64,000 nt of DNA from Chloroflexota bacterium (lineage in GTDB: Bacteria > Chloroflexota > Limnocylindria > Limnocylindrales > CSP1-4): positions 2,581-66,580 of the forward strand of contig JAJZRG010000011.1 of NCBI GenBank assembly GCA_021802825.1. Reading direction: 5' to 3'. The position numbers were made by a program, and so were the translations under genes. Each line of letters begins with the position of its first letter. Within the stretch, counting starts at the first letter, position 1. Positions 9,559 through 20,375 of this stretch are shown piece by piece. The notes beneath the pieces were generated by a model, which saw only the letters and a program-made list of their open reading frames with translations, made no database searches and was not told the DNA's origin.

Positions 9559-9577
9559 CTCGTCCCTCCCTGCGCCG

Positions 9578-10912
9578 CTACCGGCGCCCGAGCAGCTGGC
9601 CCATGGCCGCACGACGGCCACCGGCACCCTGCAACTGCTTCATCAGCTTCTGCATTTCGCTGAACTGCTTGATCAGCCGGTTCACCTCGGGCAGGGACGT
9701 CCCAGAACCCTTCGCGATCCGGCGGCGACGGGAAGCGTTCAGGACCGATGGGTCTCGCCGCTCCCGCTTCGTCATCGACTGGATGATCGCCTCGGTCCGC
9801 TTGAGTTCGCCCCGATCGACCGCGGCCTGTGCATCCTTCGCCATGCCGCCGAGGCCCGGGATCATCGAGACGATCTGGCCCATCGGGCCCATCTTCTTCA
9901 TCTGCTGCATCGAGTCGAGCATGTCATCGAGCGTGAAGGCGGCCTTGCGGACCTTCTCCTCGAGCTTCGCGGTCTGCTTCTCGTCGAAGGCCTCCTGCGC
10001 CCTCTCGACGAGCGTGAGGATGTCGCCCATGCCCAGGATGCGACCCGCGAGCCGGTCCGGGTAGAACACTTCGAGGGCGTCGGTCTTCTCGCCGGTGCCG
10101 AGGAACTTGACCGGGATGCCGGTGACCGCGCCGATGGAGAGCGCGGCGCCCCCGCGGGCATCGCCGTCGACCTTGGTCATCACGAGGCCGGTGATCTTGA
10201 CGGCGCCCGCGAAGCCCTGGGCGACGTTGACGGCCTCCTGGCCGGTCATCGCGTCCACGACCAGGAGGGTCTCGACGGGCTTGGTGGCTGCCTCGATGGC
10301 GTGGATCTCGGCCATCAGGGCATCGTCGATCGTCAGCCGGCCAGCGGTGTCGATGATCACGACGTCGCGGCCAATGCGCTTCGCGTGGGCGATGCCGTCG
10401 CGCGCGATGTCCACTGTGGGCGTGCCTACGGGCGCGCGGTAGACGGCGATGTCGAGACTCTTGCCGAGGGTCTCGAGCTGGTCCGCCGCCGCGGGCCGGT
10501 AGGGGTCGGCGGCGATCAGCAGCGGGTGTCGGCCGAGCTTGACGATGTGCTTGCCGAGCTTGGCGGCGGAGGTCGTCTTGCCCGAGCCCTGGAGGCCGAC
10601 GAGCGCGACGACGGCGGGGTTGCCGGCAAGCCGGAAGGTTCGATCGCCTGCCGACAGGAGGTTCGTGAGCTCCTCGTGGACGATCTTGACCACCTGCTGG
10701 CCGGCGGTCAGGCTGTCGAGGATCTCGGCGCCGAGGGCACGCTCGCGAACGCGTGCCACGAAGTCCTTGACAACCTTGAAGTTGACGTCCGCCTCGAGCA
10801 GCGCCAGGCGGACCTCGCGCATGGCCGCGTCCACGTCCGCCTCGGACACCCGGCCACGTCCGGTCAGACCGGCGAGGGTCTTGCGGAGGCGATCGCTGAG
10901 GCTGTCGAACAT
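9578..10912 (-). CDS. ffh: Signal recognition particle protein Ffh
   Basis: MFDSLSDRL start, GLQGSGKTT, DTAGR, TKVDGDARGGAALS and Met-rich M domain. Confidence 0.98.
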   Translation of the reverse strand: MFDSLSDRLRKTLAGLTGRGRVSEADVDAAMREVRLALLEADVNFKVVKDFVARVRERALGAEILDSLTAGQQVVKIVHEELTNLLSAGDRTFRLAGNPAVVALVGLQGSGKTTSAAKLGKHIVKLGRHPLLIAADPYRPAAADQLETLGKSLDIAVYRAPVGTPTVDIARDGIAHAKRIGRDVVIIDTAGRLTIDDALMAEIHAIEAATKPVETLLVVDAMTGQEAVNVAQGFAGAVKITGLVMTKVDGDARGGAALSIGAVTGIPVKFLGTGEKTDALEVFYPDRLAGRILGMGDILTLVERAQEAFDEKQTAKLEEKVRKAAFTLDDMLDSMQQMKKMGPMGQIVSMIPGLGGMAKDAQAAVDRGELKRTEAIIQSMTKRERRDPSVLNASRRRRIAKGSGTSLPEVNRLIKQFSEMQKLMKQLQGAGGRRAAMGQLLGRR

Positions 10913-11416
10913 GCGAGGACGGCGACCCTTGTGCTGGCTGGGAGGAGGACCGCATGACGAGCGCCGTGCGGGCGGTGCGCGGGTTCTGGCGACACCTGAT
11001 GGCGGGGAGTGTACGGCATGCGTTCGCGCGCGGCCATCCCGACGGCCCGCACGGCGACCCTGCCGCCCGGCCCGGCGCAGTCGCCAGCGCATGCTCTCTG
11101 GCGACTTTTCGGATGGAGCGAACAGCCGGCACCTGCCGGGCCTTGATCCGAGCGCCGCCAGCCGCACGGGGGCGCGGTCTTGCAGCATGACCGGGGCGCG
11201 GCTGCGTATTGCTTCGGAAGGCGTACCGACTGGTGCATACATCGCCTCCGAAGCCACCTTCGACCGCGTTCCGGGGCGGGTGCCCGGAACCCCGGACCCC
11301 GTGTTGTTCGTTCAGTGCGGAATCCAGCCGGTTCGGCCTTTGGGGGGCCGTCATCGCGTCCACCCTGCTGGCTGCCCTCGGGTCGCGGTCGCCCTGCGCG
11401 AATGCAGGCGCGGAGG

Positions 11417-11611
11417 CTATCGCTCCCCGATCGTGGCGGCCTCGGCGGGCTCCCGCCCCTCGGCGACCGCCACGGTCAGCTCCCAGAGCAGCAGGCCGAT
11501 GCCCGCCAGCGCCAGGCCCAATCCGGCAACGGCCCAGTCGCCCCGGCTCGCACCGGCCACGAACACGATGAAGCCGCCGAGGGCCGAGACGCTCAACCCG
11601 ATGACGGCCAT
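11417..11611 (-). CDS. Small two-TM membrane protein
   Basis: 64 aa, two hydrophobic segments, strong GGAGGT RBS, 17 bp downstream of the ftsY stop. Confidence 0.6.
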   Translation of the reverse strand: MAVIGLSVSALGGFIVFVAGASRGDWAVAGLGLALAGIGLLLWELTVAVAEGREPAEAATIGER

Positions 11612-11628
11612 TCGCCCACCTCCAGTGC

Positions 11629-12879
<1,251 letters not shown>

Positions 12880-12894
12880 GTGGGGGACTCCCGA

Positions 12895-15800
12895 TCAGCC
12901 GGCGCCGCCGGCGAGGGTCGCGTGGACCGGGCCGCGCGTGTGGTCGGCGATGGCCTGCGCCTCCTCGAGCCGCAGGCTGATCACGCGACTGACCGAATCG
13001 TCGCCGACGGTCACGCCGTAGAGTGCGTCCGCCGATTCGATCGTGCCGCGGTTGTGGGTGATGACGATGAACTGGGTCTGCCGCGTGAGGTCGCGCAGTG
13101 CGTCAGTGAACCGGCCGACGTTCGCCTCGTCGAGCGCCGCGTCCACCTCGTCGAGGACGCAGAACGGCGCGGGTCGGATCTCGAGCATCGCGAACAGCAG
13201 CGCCACTGCCGTCAGCGCGCGCTCGCCGCCCGACAGCATCGCGAGCGCCTGCGCCTTCTTGCCCGGCGGCCGCGCCGTGATCTCGATGCCCGTTGTGCCG
13301 AGGTCGGTCGGGTCGGTCAGGGTCAGCTTCGCGAAGCCGCCGCCGAACAGCTGCTGGAACCGCCGGTCGAAGGCCACCTCGAGCGCCGCGAACGTCGTTC
13401 GGAACTGCGTGGCGATCAGCGTGTCCAGCTCGGCGATCAGCTGCCGGGTCTTGGTGATGGCGTCGCGCAGGTCGCCGTCCTGGACGTCGAGCGCCTCGAG
13501 GCGGGCCCGGACGGAGCGGTATTCGTCAACCGCGAACGGGTTGGCGGCGCCCAGCTCGTGGAACCGGCGCCGGAGCCCGGCCAGGCGTCCCGGCGAGGGC
13601 GCCTCGATCTCGGGCGCGGCCGCCGCCCAGCGGGGGGCGAGAGCGTCGAGAACGGCCTCGAACACGGCGGTGTCGCCTGTCGCTGCCGTATCGTCGCCCG
13701 CGTCCGTGATGCCGCCCGCGGGCTCCGCCCCGCCGCCGCCCGTGCCGAGCGGTGACGCGACGGCGGCCAGCTCGGCCACATCGAGCCCGGCGCTCTCCGC
13801 CAAGTGCCGAAGCCCAACCTCGCCCAGCCCCGCCAGCTCCACGAGCAGCTGCTCACGAAGCGAATCGAGCCCGAGGCGGGCTTCCATCACCGCCACGTCG
13901 GCGGCCCGGGCGCGGTCGTCGGCGCTGCGCAGGCGCTCGCGGGCGCTCGTCGCGGCCCGCTCCGCCTCGCTCAGCCGCGCCCGTTCTGCACGGTCGTCGG
14001 CCAGCAGCGCATCGAGCTCCTCGCGCGCGCGCGCCTCCCGAGCGGTGGCCTCGGCCAATTCCCCCGCCAGCCCGTCGCGCTCGGCGGCGGCTGCCCGCTC
14101 GCGCTCGTCGAGGGCCGCCAAGTCGCGTGCGACCGAGGCAACCCGGGCCTCGGCCATGGTCACGCCCGCCTCGGCCCGTGCCCGCCGCGCCTCCGCCTCG
14201 CGGCGTGACCGCTCCTGCGCCGCCACCTCGCCCGCGAGTCGATCGCGCCGGGACCGCAGCTCGGCGACGCGCGCCTCCCAGGCCGTGACGGCCTCCGCGT
14301 CCGGGTTGGACGGGTCGCCCGGAACCGTCGACGAGGTGCCTCCCTCGAGCGATGCGAGCGCCGCGGCCGCTCGCTCCGCCTCGGTCGCGAGCCGGCCCGC
14401 CTGCGCCGCGTGCCACGCCGCCTCGCGCGCTGCCGCCTCCGCATCGCGCCCCGCCGCGCGCTCGAGCTCCTCGGAACGTCGCCGCCGTCCGGCCGCCGCC
14501 GACTCCGCCGCGCGTGCCTGCTCAAGGGCGGCCCGGGTGCTCGACGCGTCGCGCTCCGCGGCGGCCCTCGCCGCATCCGCCTCGGCGGCCTCCGCGGTCA
14601 GCGCCTGGAGCTCGCGCTCCAGCCGCTCCAGCTCTGCGCGCCGCTCCAGCGGGGAGTCGCCCCGACCGAGGCGGAGCGTGAGCGCGTCGGCCACCGCGGA
14701 GCCGTCACGGGTCACGGCGAGCCAGCCCACGGGGAGCGTCTCCTGGAGCGCCAGCAAGGCCGCGAGGTCCGGCGCCCACAGGACGCGCGCCAGCAGCGGC
14801 CGCACCACGCCTGCAGGGTCCCGCCGCAGTGCATCGGCCAGCCGACCACCGCCCGAGGCCGCCAGAGTGTCGTCGAGCCGACGATCCGCGACGGACGCAC
14901 CCGTGCCACTCTGGCCTAGCCGTTCCGCCGCGGCCAGCCGCTCGCGGACCACCAGATGTCCGCGCTCAGCCTTCAGCTGCTCCGCCGCCACCTGCTCCAC
15001 CACGTAGGCACGGGCGAGGTCGCCCAGCGCCGCCTCGACCGCCGCCCGGAGCGAGGGCTCCACGCCCAGCTCCTCGTCCACGCGCCGGCCACCAAGCCTG
15101 CGCGCCGCCCGGGCAATCCCCCGCTCCTCATCCTCGGCTAGACGCCGCGCCAGGCCCTCGTGGCGGCCCCGCGCCCCGGCGAGCACGGAGCCCGCCGTCG
15201 CGGCCCGCTCAGCGGCGGCGCGGCGCGTGCCCTCGGCCGCATCGCCCCTGGCGCGCGCAGCCTCCCGCTCCGCGACAGCGGACGTCTCCTCTGCGATCGC
15301 GGCGGCCAGGGTCTCTCGCACCTGTGCGAGCGTCGCCTCGAGCGTAGCCTTGCGCGACTCGGCCGCGGCGGCCTTCGCCCGCTCGTCGGCGGCACGTCGC
15401 TCGGCGTCAGCCTTGCGCCGCCGCGCCGTCTCGGCCTCCCCCGCGCGCGCGGCCTCGGCGCGTCGGAGCGCCGCCAGCTCGTCCCCGCGCGCGCGCGACG
15501 CCGCCCGCAGCGAGGCCAGCTCCGAGAGCGCATCGCCGAGCGCCCGGTCCGCCTCGGCGAGCGCTGCCTCGAGTTCGAGGTCCGGCTCGGGCACGGCCTC
15601 GGCGAGCGCCCGCCGGCCCGCCGCGATGTCGGCTTCCGCGGCGGCCCGCTCGCCCACAATTCGCGCGCGATCCCTGGCGGCCGCGGCGACCTCGCCCGCG
15701 GCCCGCGCCTCGCGCAGCCCGAGCTGGGTCAGCAACGCGCGCACGGTCTCGTGCGCTGCGCGGCGCTCCCGCTCCAGCTCCGCGCGCGCGGCCATGCTCG

Positions 15801-16629
15801 CCGCGATCTCGCCAACGGTGGACTCCGCTGACTCGAGCGCCTCGAGCGCCGCATCGGACTCGGCGCGCAGCGCGTCCCGCCGCGCCGCAGACCCGGCCTC
15901 GCGCGCCGCGGCGTCATGCCACCGCGCGTGGGCGGCAACGATCAGCGCCGCGGCCAGCTCCTCGCCGGCCGTCAGACGCGTCGCCTGCTGCTCGGCGAGC
16001 TGGCCGAGCCGGCGCGCCTGCGGGCGGAGCTCGGCGAGGATGTCCTCGACGCGCGCCAGGTTGGCCTCCGCCTCGGCCAGCTGCTCCTCCGCCTTGCGCC
16101 GCCGCCGCTCGTGGCGCCGGACGCCCGCGACCTCCTCGAACAGCGGGCGGCGCTCCTCCGGCCGGAGCGCCAGCGCCTGGTCCACCATGCCCTGCCCGAT
16201 GAACAGGAAGGCGTTCTCGGCGAGGTTCCCGGAGTCCAGCAGGTCCTGGAGGTCGCGCAGGCGGACGCGCTGCCTGTTGAGCAGGTAGTCGTTCTCGCCC
16301 GAGCGGTAGAGGCGTCGCCCGAGCTCGACGACCGAGTACTCGACTGGCAGCAGCCCGTCGCTGTTGTCGAGCACGAGCATCACGTCGGCCATGCCCAGCG
16401 CCGAGCGCCGCTCGGACCCCGCCCAGATGACGTCCTCGCTCTTGCGGATGCGCAGCGAGCGGCCCTGCTCCCCGAGCGCCCAGCGGAGGGCGTCGGCGAG
16501 GTTGGACTTGCCCGAGCCGTTGGGCCCCACGACCGCGCTCACACCGGGGCCGAACTCGACGAGTGTGCGCTCAGCGAAGGACTTGAAGCCCTGGATGCGG
16601 AGACCGAGCAGCCGTGCCGGGGCGCTCAC
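12895..16629 (-). CDS. smc: Chromosome segregation protein SMC
   Basis: GFKSFA, Walker A GPNGSGKSN, long coiled coils, LSGGE signature, Walker B FCVLDEVDAALD. Confidence 0.96.
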   Translation of the reverse strand: MSAPARLLGLRIQGFKSFAERTLVEFGPGVSAVVGPNGSGKSNLADALRWALGEQGRSLRIRKSEDVIWAGSERRSALGMADVMLVLDNSDGLLPVEYSVVELGRRLYRSGENDYLLNRQRVRLRDLQDLLDSGNLAENAFLFIGQGMVDQALALRPEERRPLFEEVAGVRRHERRRRKAEEQLAEAEANLARVEDILAELRPQARRLGQLAEQQATRLTAGEELAAALIVAAHARWHDAAAREAGSAARRDALRAESDAALEALESAESTVGEIAASMAARAELERERRAAHETVRALLTQLGLREARAAGEVAAAARDRARIVGERAAAEADIAAGRRALAEAVPEPDLELEAALAEADRALGDALSELASLRAASRARGDELAALRRAEAARAGEAETARRRKADAERRAADERAKAAAAESRKATLEATLAQVRETLAAAIAEETSAVAEREAARARGDAAEGTRRAAAERAATAGSVLAGARGRHEGLARRLAEDEERGIARAARRLGGRRVDEELGVEPSLRAAVEAALGDLARAYVVEQVAAEQLKAERGHLVVRERLAAAERLGQSGTGASVADRRLDDTLAASGGGRLADALRRDPAGVVRPLLARVLWAPDLAALLALQETLPVGWLAVTRDGSAVADALTLRLGRGDSPLERRAELERLERELQALTAEAAEADAARAAAERDASSTRAALEQARAAESAAAGRRRRSEELERAAGRDAEAAAREAAWHAAQAGRLATEAERAAAALASLEGGTSSTVPGDPSNPDAEAVTAWEARVAELRSRRDRLAGEVAAQERSRREAEARRARAEAGVTMAEARVASVARDLAALDERERAAAAERDGLAGELAEATAREARAREELDALLADDRAERARLSEAERAATSARERLRSADDRARAADVAVMEARLGLDSLREQLLVELAGLGEVGLRHLAESAGLDVAELAAVASPLGTGGGGAEPAGGITDAGDDTAATGDTAVFEAVLDALAPRWAAAAPEIEAPSPGRLAGLRRRFHELGAANPFAVDEYRSVRARLEALDVQDGDLRDAITKTRQLIAELDTLIATQFRTTFAALEVAFDRRFQQLFGGGFAKLTLTDPTDLGTTGIEITARPPGKKAQALAMLSGGERALTAVALLFAMLEIRPAPFCVLDEVDAALDEANVGRFTDALRDLTRQTQFIVITHNRGTIESADALYGVTVGDDSVSRVISLRLEEAQAIADHTRGPVHATLAGGAG

Positions 16630-17531
16630 CAGGGGTCAGCGGGGCTGGCCTTCGCAGACGCCGCCGCATCCGCGGCCGCCCTGGGTGCGGCCCCCTTGCC
16701 GTCGGACCGGGCTTCGGTCCCGGCTTCGGCCCCGGCGCAGGCCGTGGCCCCGGCGTCGGGTTCGGATACGGCTACGGGCTCCGCAGTCTCCGTGCCGTCC
16801 CCGGGCTCATGCACGTGGCGCGCGGCCCTGACGGCGAGGCGCTCCCGGCGGATCGTGTCGAGCGCCTCCGCGGCCGCCTGCGTCTCGGCAATGCGCCGCG
16901 ATGCCCCCTCGCCCGCCCCGAGCACCCGCCCGTCCACCTCAACCTCGATCCGGAAGTGCTTCTCATGGTCCGGCCCCACGGCCTCGACGAGTCGGTAGAT
17001 CGGTCGCTCGCCGGTCGTGCGCTGGGTGTGCTCCTGGAGGCGGCTCTTGGGACTCTTGAGCGAGGTCAGCGCCACCTCGGCGGTGAGCTCCTCCTCCGCC
17101 TGGGCGCGGATCCAGTCACGCGCCTCGTCCCAGCCCAGATCGAGGTAGATCGCCCCGACCACAGCCTCGAACGCGGACGCCAGCAGCGAGGGACGTACGC
17201 GGCCGCCGCGCTGGGCCTCGCCCTCGCCGAGCAGGAGGAACCCGCCCAGCTCAAGCCTGGCGGCCAGCCGGGCGAGACCGGGTGTGCTGACGATGGACGC
17301 TCGGCGCGCGGAGAGGATCCCCTCGTCGTCGGACGGGTGTCGGCGGTACAGCGCCTCGGAGACGGCCAGGCTGACGACGGCGTCGCCCAGGAACTCCAGC
17401 CGCTCGTTGTGACCCAGCGGTGAGTCTGGGTGCTCGTGGAGCCAGCTACTGTGGATCAGGGCCTGCGCGTACAGGTCCCGGTCCCGGACCGTGAGGCCCA
17501 GCCGCTCGATCAGCGCCTCGGCCGGGTGCAT
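16626..17531 (-). CDS. rnc: Ribonuclease III
   Basis: HNERLEFLGDAV signature and dsRBD (PKSRLQE...GPDHEKHF). Start placed at ATG 17531. Confidence 0.97.
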   Translation of the reverse strand: MHPAEALIERLGLTVRDRDLYAQALIHSSWLHEHPDSPLGHNERLEFLGDAVVSLAVSEALYRRHPSDDEGILSARRASIVSTPGLARLAARLELGGFLLLGEGEAQRGGRVRPSLLASAFEAVVGAIYLDLGWDEARDWIRAQAEEELTAEVALTSLKSPKSRLQEHTQRTTGERPIYRLVEAVGPDHEKHFRIEVEVDGRVLGAGEGASRRIAETQAAAEALDTIRRERLAVRAARHVHEPGDGTETAEPVAVSEPDAGATACAGAEAGTEARSDGKGAAPRAAADAAASAKASPADPW

Positions 17532-17551
17532 CTCGCCCCGGTCCGACAGCG

Positions 17552-17788
17552 TCAGGCCGAGCGCTCGTCGATGTACTCGACGGCGTCCTGGACGGTACGG
17601 ATCTTCTCGGCGTCCTCGTCTGAGATCTCCGTCCCGAACTCCTCCTCGAGGCTCATGATGAGCTCGACGAGGTCCAGGGAATCGGCGTTGAGATCGTCGA
17701 CGAACGACGCCTCGGGCGTCACTTCCGACTCGTCGACCCCGAGCTGCTCGACAACGATCTTCTTCAGCCGATCGTACGTCGTGGCCAC
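17552..17788 (-). CDS. acpP: Acyl carrier protein
   Basis: [14 protein letters not shown] phosphopantetheine attachment motif. Confidence 0.98.
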   Translation of the reverse strand: MATTYDRLKKIVVEQLGVDESEVTPEASFVDDLNADSLDLVELIMSLEEEFGTEISDEDAEKIRTVQDAVEYIDERSA

Positions 17789-17808
17789 TGGCTCCCTCCT
17801 GGGTTGGG

Positions 17809-18279
17809 CTATCGCCTGCTTGCGTTGAGATCGCGGGCCACACGCCCGAGTACGCCGTTGACAAGCCGACGCATTGGGTCACCCGAATACGTGCGAGCCA
17901 GCTCGACCCACTCGGCGATCGCCACCCGGGCCGGCGTCGCGGGCGAGTGTAGCACCTCACAGATGCCACAACGGAGCAATGCGCGGTCCATCCGGGCCAG
18001 CGAAACGACCGGGTATTGGGGGGCGACTTCGGCGATCCGTGCGTCGATCGTGTCGCGGTGCTCGGTCACCGCGGCGACGAGCGCGCGGGCCGTGACGGCG
18101 GCCTCCGGGTCCTGCTCCAGGGCCAGGTGGCGCTCGAGGACGGCCTCGGCCGTGCGCTGCCCGAACTCCGCCTCGAACACGGCCGCGAGGGCGAGACGGC
18201 GGCCGGCGCGACGGCTCCGGACCAGCTCCCCGTTGGAGCGATCCCGCCGCTGACCCCGCGGATCAGTCTCCAACACCAT
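17809..18279 (-). CDS. nusB: Transcription antitermination factor NusB
   Basis: [30 protein letters not shown] and VNGVLG motifs. Confidence 0.9.
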   Translation of the reverse strand: MVLETDPRGQRRDRSNGELVRSRRAGRRLALAAVFEAEFGQRTAEAVLERHLALEQDPEAAVTARALVAAVTEHRDTIDARIAEVAPQYPVVSLARMDRALLRCGICEVLHSPATPARVAIAEWVELARTYSGDPMRRLVNGVLGRVARDLNASRR

Positions 18280-18571
18280 CGACCAGCACGGTCACCCCGC
18301 CGAGCTCCATCCCGAGCAGGCGCTCCACCGCGGCGCCAGTCGCGGCGCGCACTTGGGCGCTGAGGGCCACGAGGCGCTGGCGCGGCCGGGCGACGACCCA
18401 CAGCGTGACGTGGACGCGGTTGTCGCGAATGCGGATCCTAACGGGCGCCCCGCCCAGCCAGGCGCGCCAGCCCGGGCCGCCCCGGCCGACCCGCAGGACG
18501 CCCGGGACCTCGAGGGCCGCCAGGCGCACCGTCTCCCGGATGACGCCAGGGCCAACGGTGAGCGCTGCCAT
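18263..18571 (-). CDS. Asp23/Gls24 family protein
   Basis: VRLAALEVPGV...VHVTLWV...LSAQVRAA..AVERLLG...VTVLVDGV; position before nusB. Confidence 0.8.
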   Translation of the reverse strand: MAALTVGPGVIRETVRLAALEVPGVLRVGRGGPGWRAWLGGAPVRIRIRDNRVHVTLWVVARPRQRLVALSAQVRAATGAAVERLLGMELGGVTVLVDGVGD

Positions 18572-18574
18572 CTG

Positions 18575-19654
18575 TCAGTTCCCCTCCGCCTCGCGGCCGT
18601 CGCCCGCGTCCTCGGCCCCGGCCTGCCCGCTGATGCCCAGTGATTCTGCGATCAGCGCGTTGACGCCCTCGCGGATCGTGCGCGCGGTGGCCTCCATCCC
18701 GTACCAGATCATCCGCCGCCTGGCGCTGCCGTGGGTGATGAGCATCGTGCCGTTCACGCCGAGCAGCGGCGACCCGCCGACGACCTCGGCGTCGAACTTC
18801 TTGACCAGTCTCGCCCTCGAGGGCAGGAACAGCAAGCCCGACAGTCTCCCCCGCAGCGAGCCGTGGAATTCCGCGCTGACGAGGTCGAAGATGTAGCGCG
18901 AGAGGCCCTCGAAGAACTTCATGACGACGTTGCCGAGGACGGCGTCGCAGACGATGACGTCGGCGACGAACTTGGTCAGGTCGCGGCCCTCGACGTTGCC
19001 GATGAAGTTGAGGTCCGTCTGGTCGATCAGCTCGGTGGCCTTTGCGATCCGGGCGTCGCCCTTGCCCTTCTCCTCGCCGATCGAGAGCAGCGCGACCCGC
19101 GGGTTCGGGATGCTCATGACACGTTCCGCGAAGATCGCCCCCATCCGGGCGTACTGCGCGAGGTTCTCGGCCGTGGAGTCCGGGTTGGCGCCGATGTCGA
19201 GGAGCAGGAATGGCTTGCCGCCGGGCAGCTGCACCGCGAGCGCCGGCCGGTCGATGCCTGGGAGCGTGCCGAGGATGAGCACGCCAGCGGCCATGCCCGC
19301 GCCCGTGTGACCGGCGGTCAGGACACCGTCGGCCTGGCCGCTCTTGACGAGCTCCGTCGCCACGCGAATGGACGACTGCTTCTTGCGCGCGAGCGCGCGA
19401 GCGGGGTGTTCGTCCATGCCCACGACCTCGGGCCCGTGGACGAAGCTGACGTTCGGCGGCGCCTCGGTGGCGAGGCTGCGGACGAGCGGCTCGTCACCGA
19501 CGAGGATCACCTCGTCGGCCGGGTGCTCCCGGGCCCACTTGACGGCGCCGGGCACCACCTCGGGCGCTCCGTGGTCGCCGCCCATGGCGTCAACGGCGAT
19601 GCGGACGCCACGGCGGGCAGGTGAGCCTGGTTGGGGATCCTGCGTCGCGGCCAC
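18575..19654 (-). CDS. plsX: Phosphate acyltransferase PlsX
   Basis: RIAVDAMGGDHG, GIDRPAL, LDIGAN, GEEKGKG and NFIGNVEG motifs. Start approximated at GTG 19654. Confidence 0.96.
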   Translation of the reverse strand: MAATQDPQPGSPARRGVRIAVDAMGGDHGAPEVVPGAVKWAREHPADEVILVGDEPLVRSLATEAPPNVSFVHGPEVVGMDEHPARALARKKQSSIRVATELVKSGQADGVLTAGHTGAGMAAGVLILGTLPGIDRPALAVQLPGGKPFLLLDIGANPDSTAENLAQYARMGAIFAERVMSIPNPRVALLSIGEEKGKGDARIAKATELIDQTDLNFIGNVEGRDLTKFVADVIVCDAVLGNVVMKFFEGLSRYIFDLVSAEFHGSLRGRLSGLLFLPSRARLVKKFDAEVVGGSPLLGVNGTMLITHGSARRRMIWYGMEATARTIREGVNALIAESLGISGQAGAEDAGDGREAEGN

Positions 19655-19661
19655 GACGCGA

Positions 19662-19868
19662 TCAGGCGTTGTCGCCGCCCTCGGAGCCCGGCGTCTTGAG
19701 CACGACCGCCTGGCGGCCGTTGTACCACCCACAGGCCGGGCAGACCCGGTGCGGCAGCTTCTGCTCGTGGCAATGCGGGCACTCGACGAGCTGCGGCAGG
19801 GTGAGGGCGTGGTGGCTCCGCCGGTCCATCTGCCGGGCGTGAGCGACCTTTCGCTTCGGAACACCCAT
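19662..19868 (-). CDS. rpmF: 50S ribosomal protein L32 (Zn-binding form)
   Basis: MGVPKRK...CPHC...PHRVCPACGWY. Confidence 0.97.
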   Translation of the reverse strand: MGVPKRKVAHARQMDRRSHHALTLPQLVECPHCHEQKLPHRVCPACGWYNGRQAVVLKTPGSEGGDNA

Positions 19869-20003
19869 GTCGGTCTACGCTCCTGTTGAGGCTCATCCGG
19901 GGGACGGCCCGGCGATGTGTCTGGTGGCTGTCGCCCATGTCCCGGGCGCGTCGATGCGCTCACCGGGCGGTGGGCCGAAGCCGGAGTGTACCGGGTGGCG
20001 GCG

Positions 20004-20030
20004 CGGTCCGTCGAACACGGTCCGTCGAAC
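20004..20030. repeat. Perfect 13-nt tandem repeat
   Basis: CGGTCCGTCGAAC at 20004-20016 and 20018-20030. Confidence 0.8.
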
Positions 20031-20060
20031 GCTCTTTGCCCATGCCCTGACCCCGCTCGC

Positions 20061-20240
20061 GCCCACTGCGCAACCCTCTGGGCTCCACAGCCCGCGGATT
20101 GTGGTTCGTCCGTCACCCGCTGGGCACCGAAGCGACGCCTGAGCGCCTGCGGGCCTGTGCACCGCGTAACCCCTCAGGTTCCACGATCCGCCGTTCATGG
20201 TTCGTCCGTCACCTGCTGGGCACCGAAGCGACGCTTGCGC
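20061..20240. repeat. Two-copy 96-bp-period tandem repeat with a 37-nt conserved core
   Basis: TGGTTCGTCCGTCACC(C/T)GCTGGGCACCGAAGCGACGC at 20102-20138 and 20198-20234 (36/37 identical). The preceding ~40 nt also align without gaps at lower identity. Confidence 0.9.
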
Positions 20241-20375
20241 ACCCTCCATCGGGGCCGTGCGCATCAGTTCGGAGTCTGTGGGGCAACACACCGACGTCCC
20301 CCGGTCCCCCGCGGTGCGTGCTGGGTTACGTGTGCAATCAGCCGCGGGTGAGGCACCCGTGCTTGTATCGCCGGT

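Noticed and set aside
10954-11190. 78 aa plus-strand ORF with a GGAGGA RBS-like sequence
   Set aside because: Low-complexity product with no motif, running divergently over the ffh upstream region. No support beyond the RBS-like string.
10913-11416. SRP RNA (ffs) next to ffh
   Set aside because: No CAGG...GGAA...AGCA domain IV motif found on either strand by eye.
20102-20234. 37-nt direct repeats as a mini CRISPR array
   Set aside because: Only two copies, the 59-nt intervening sequence is homologous to the sequence before the first copy rather than unique, and there are no cas genes in the window.
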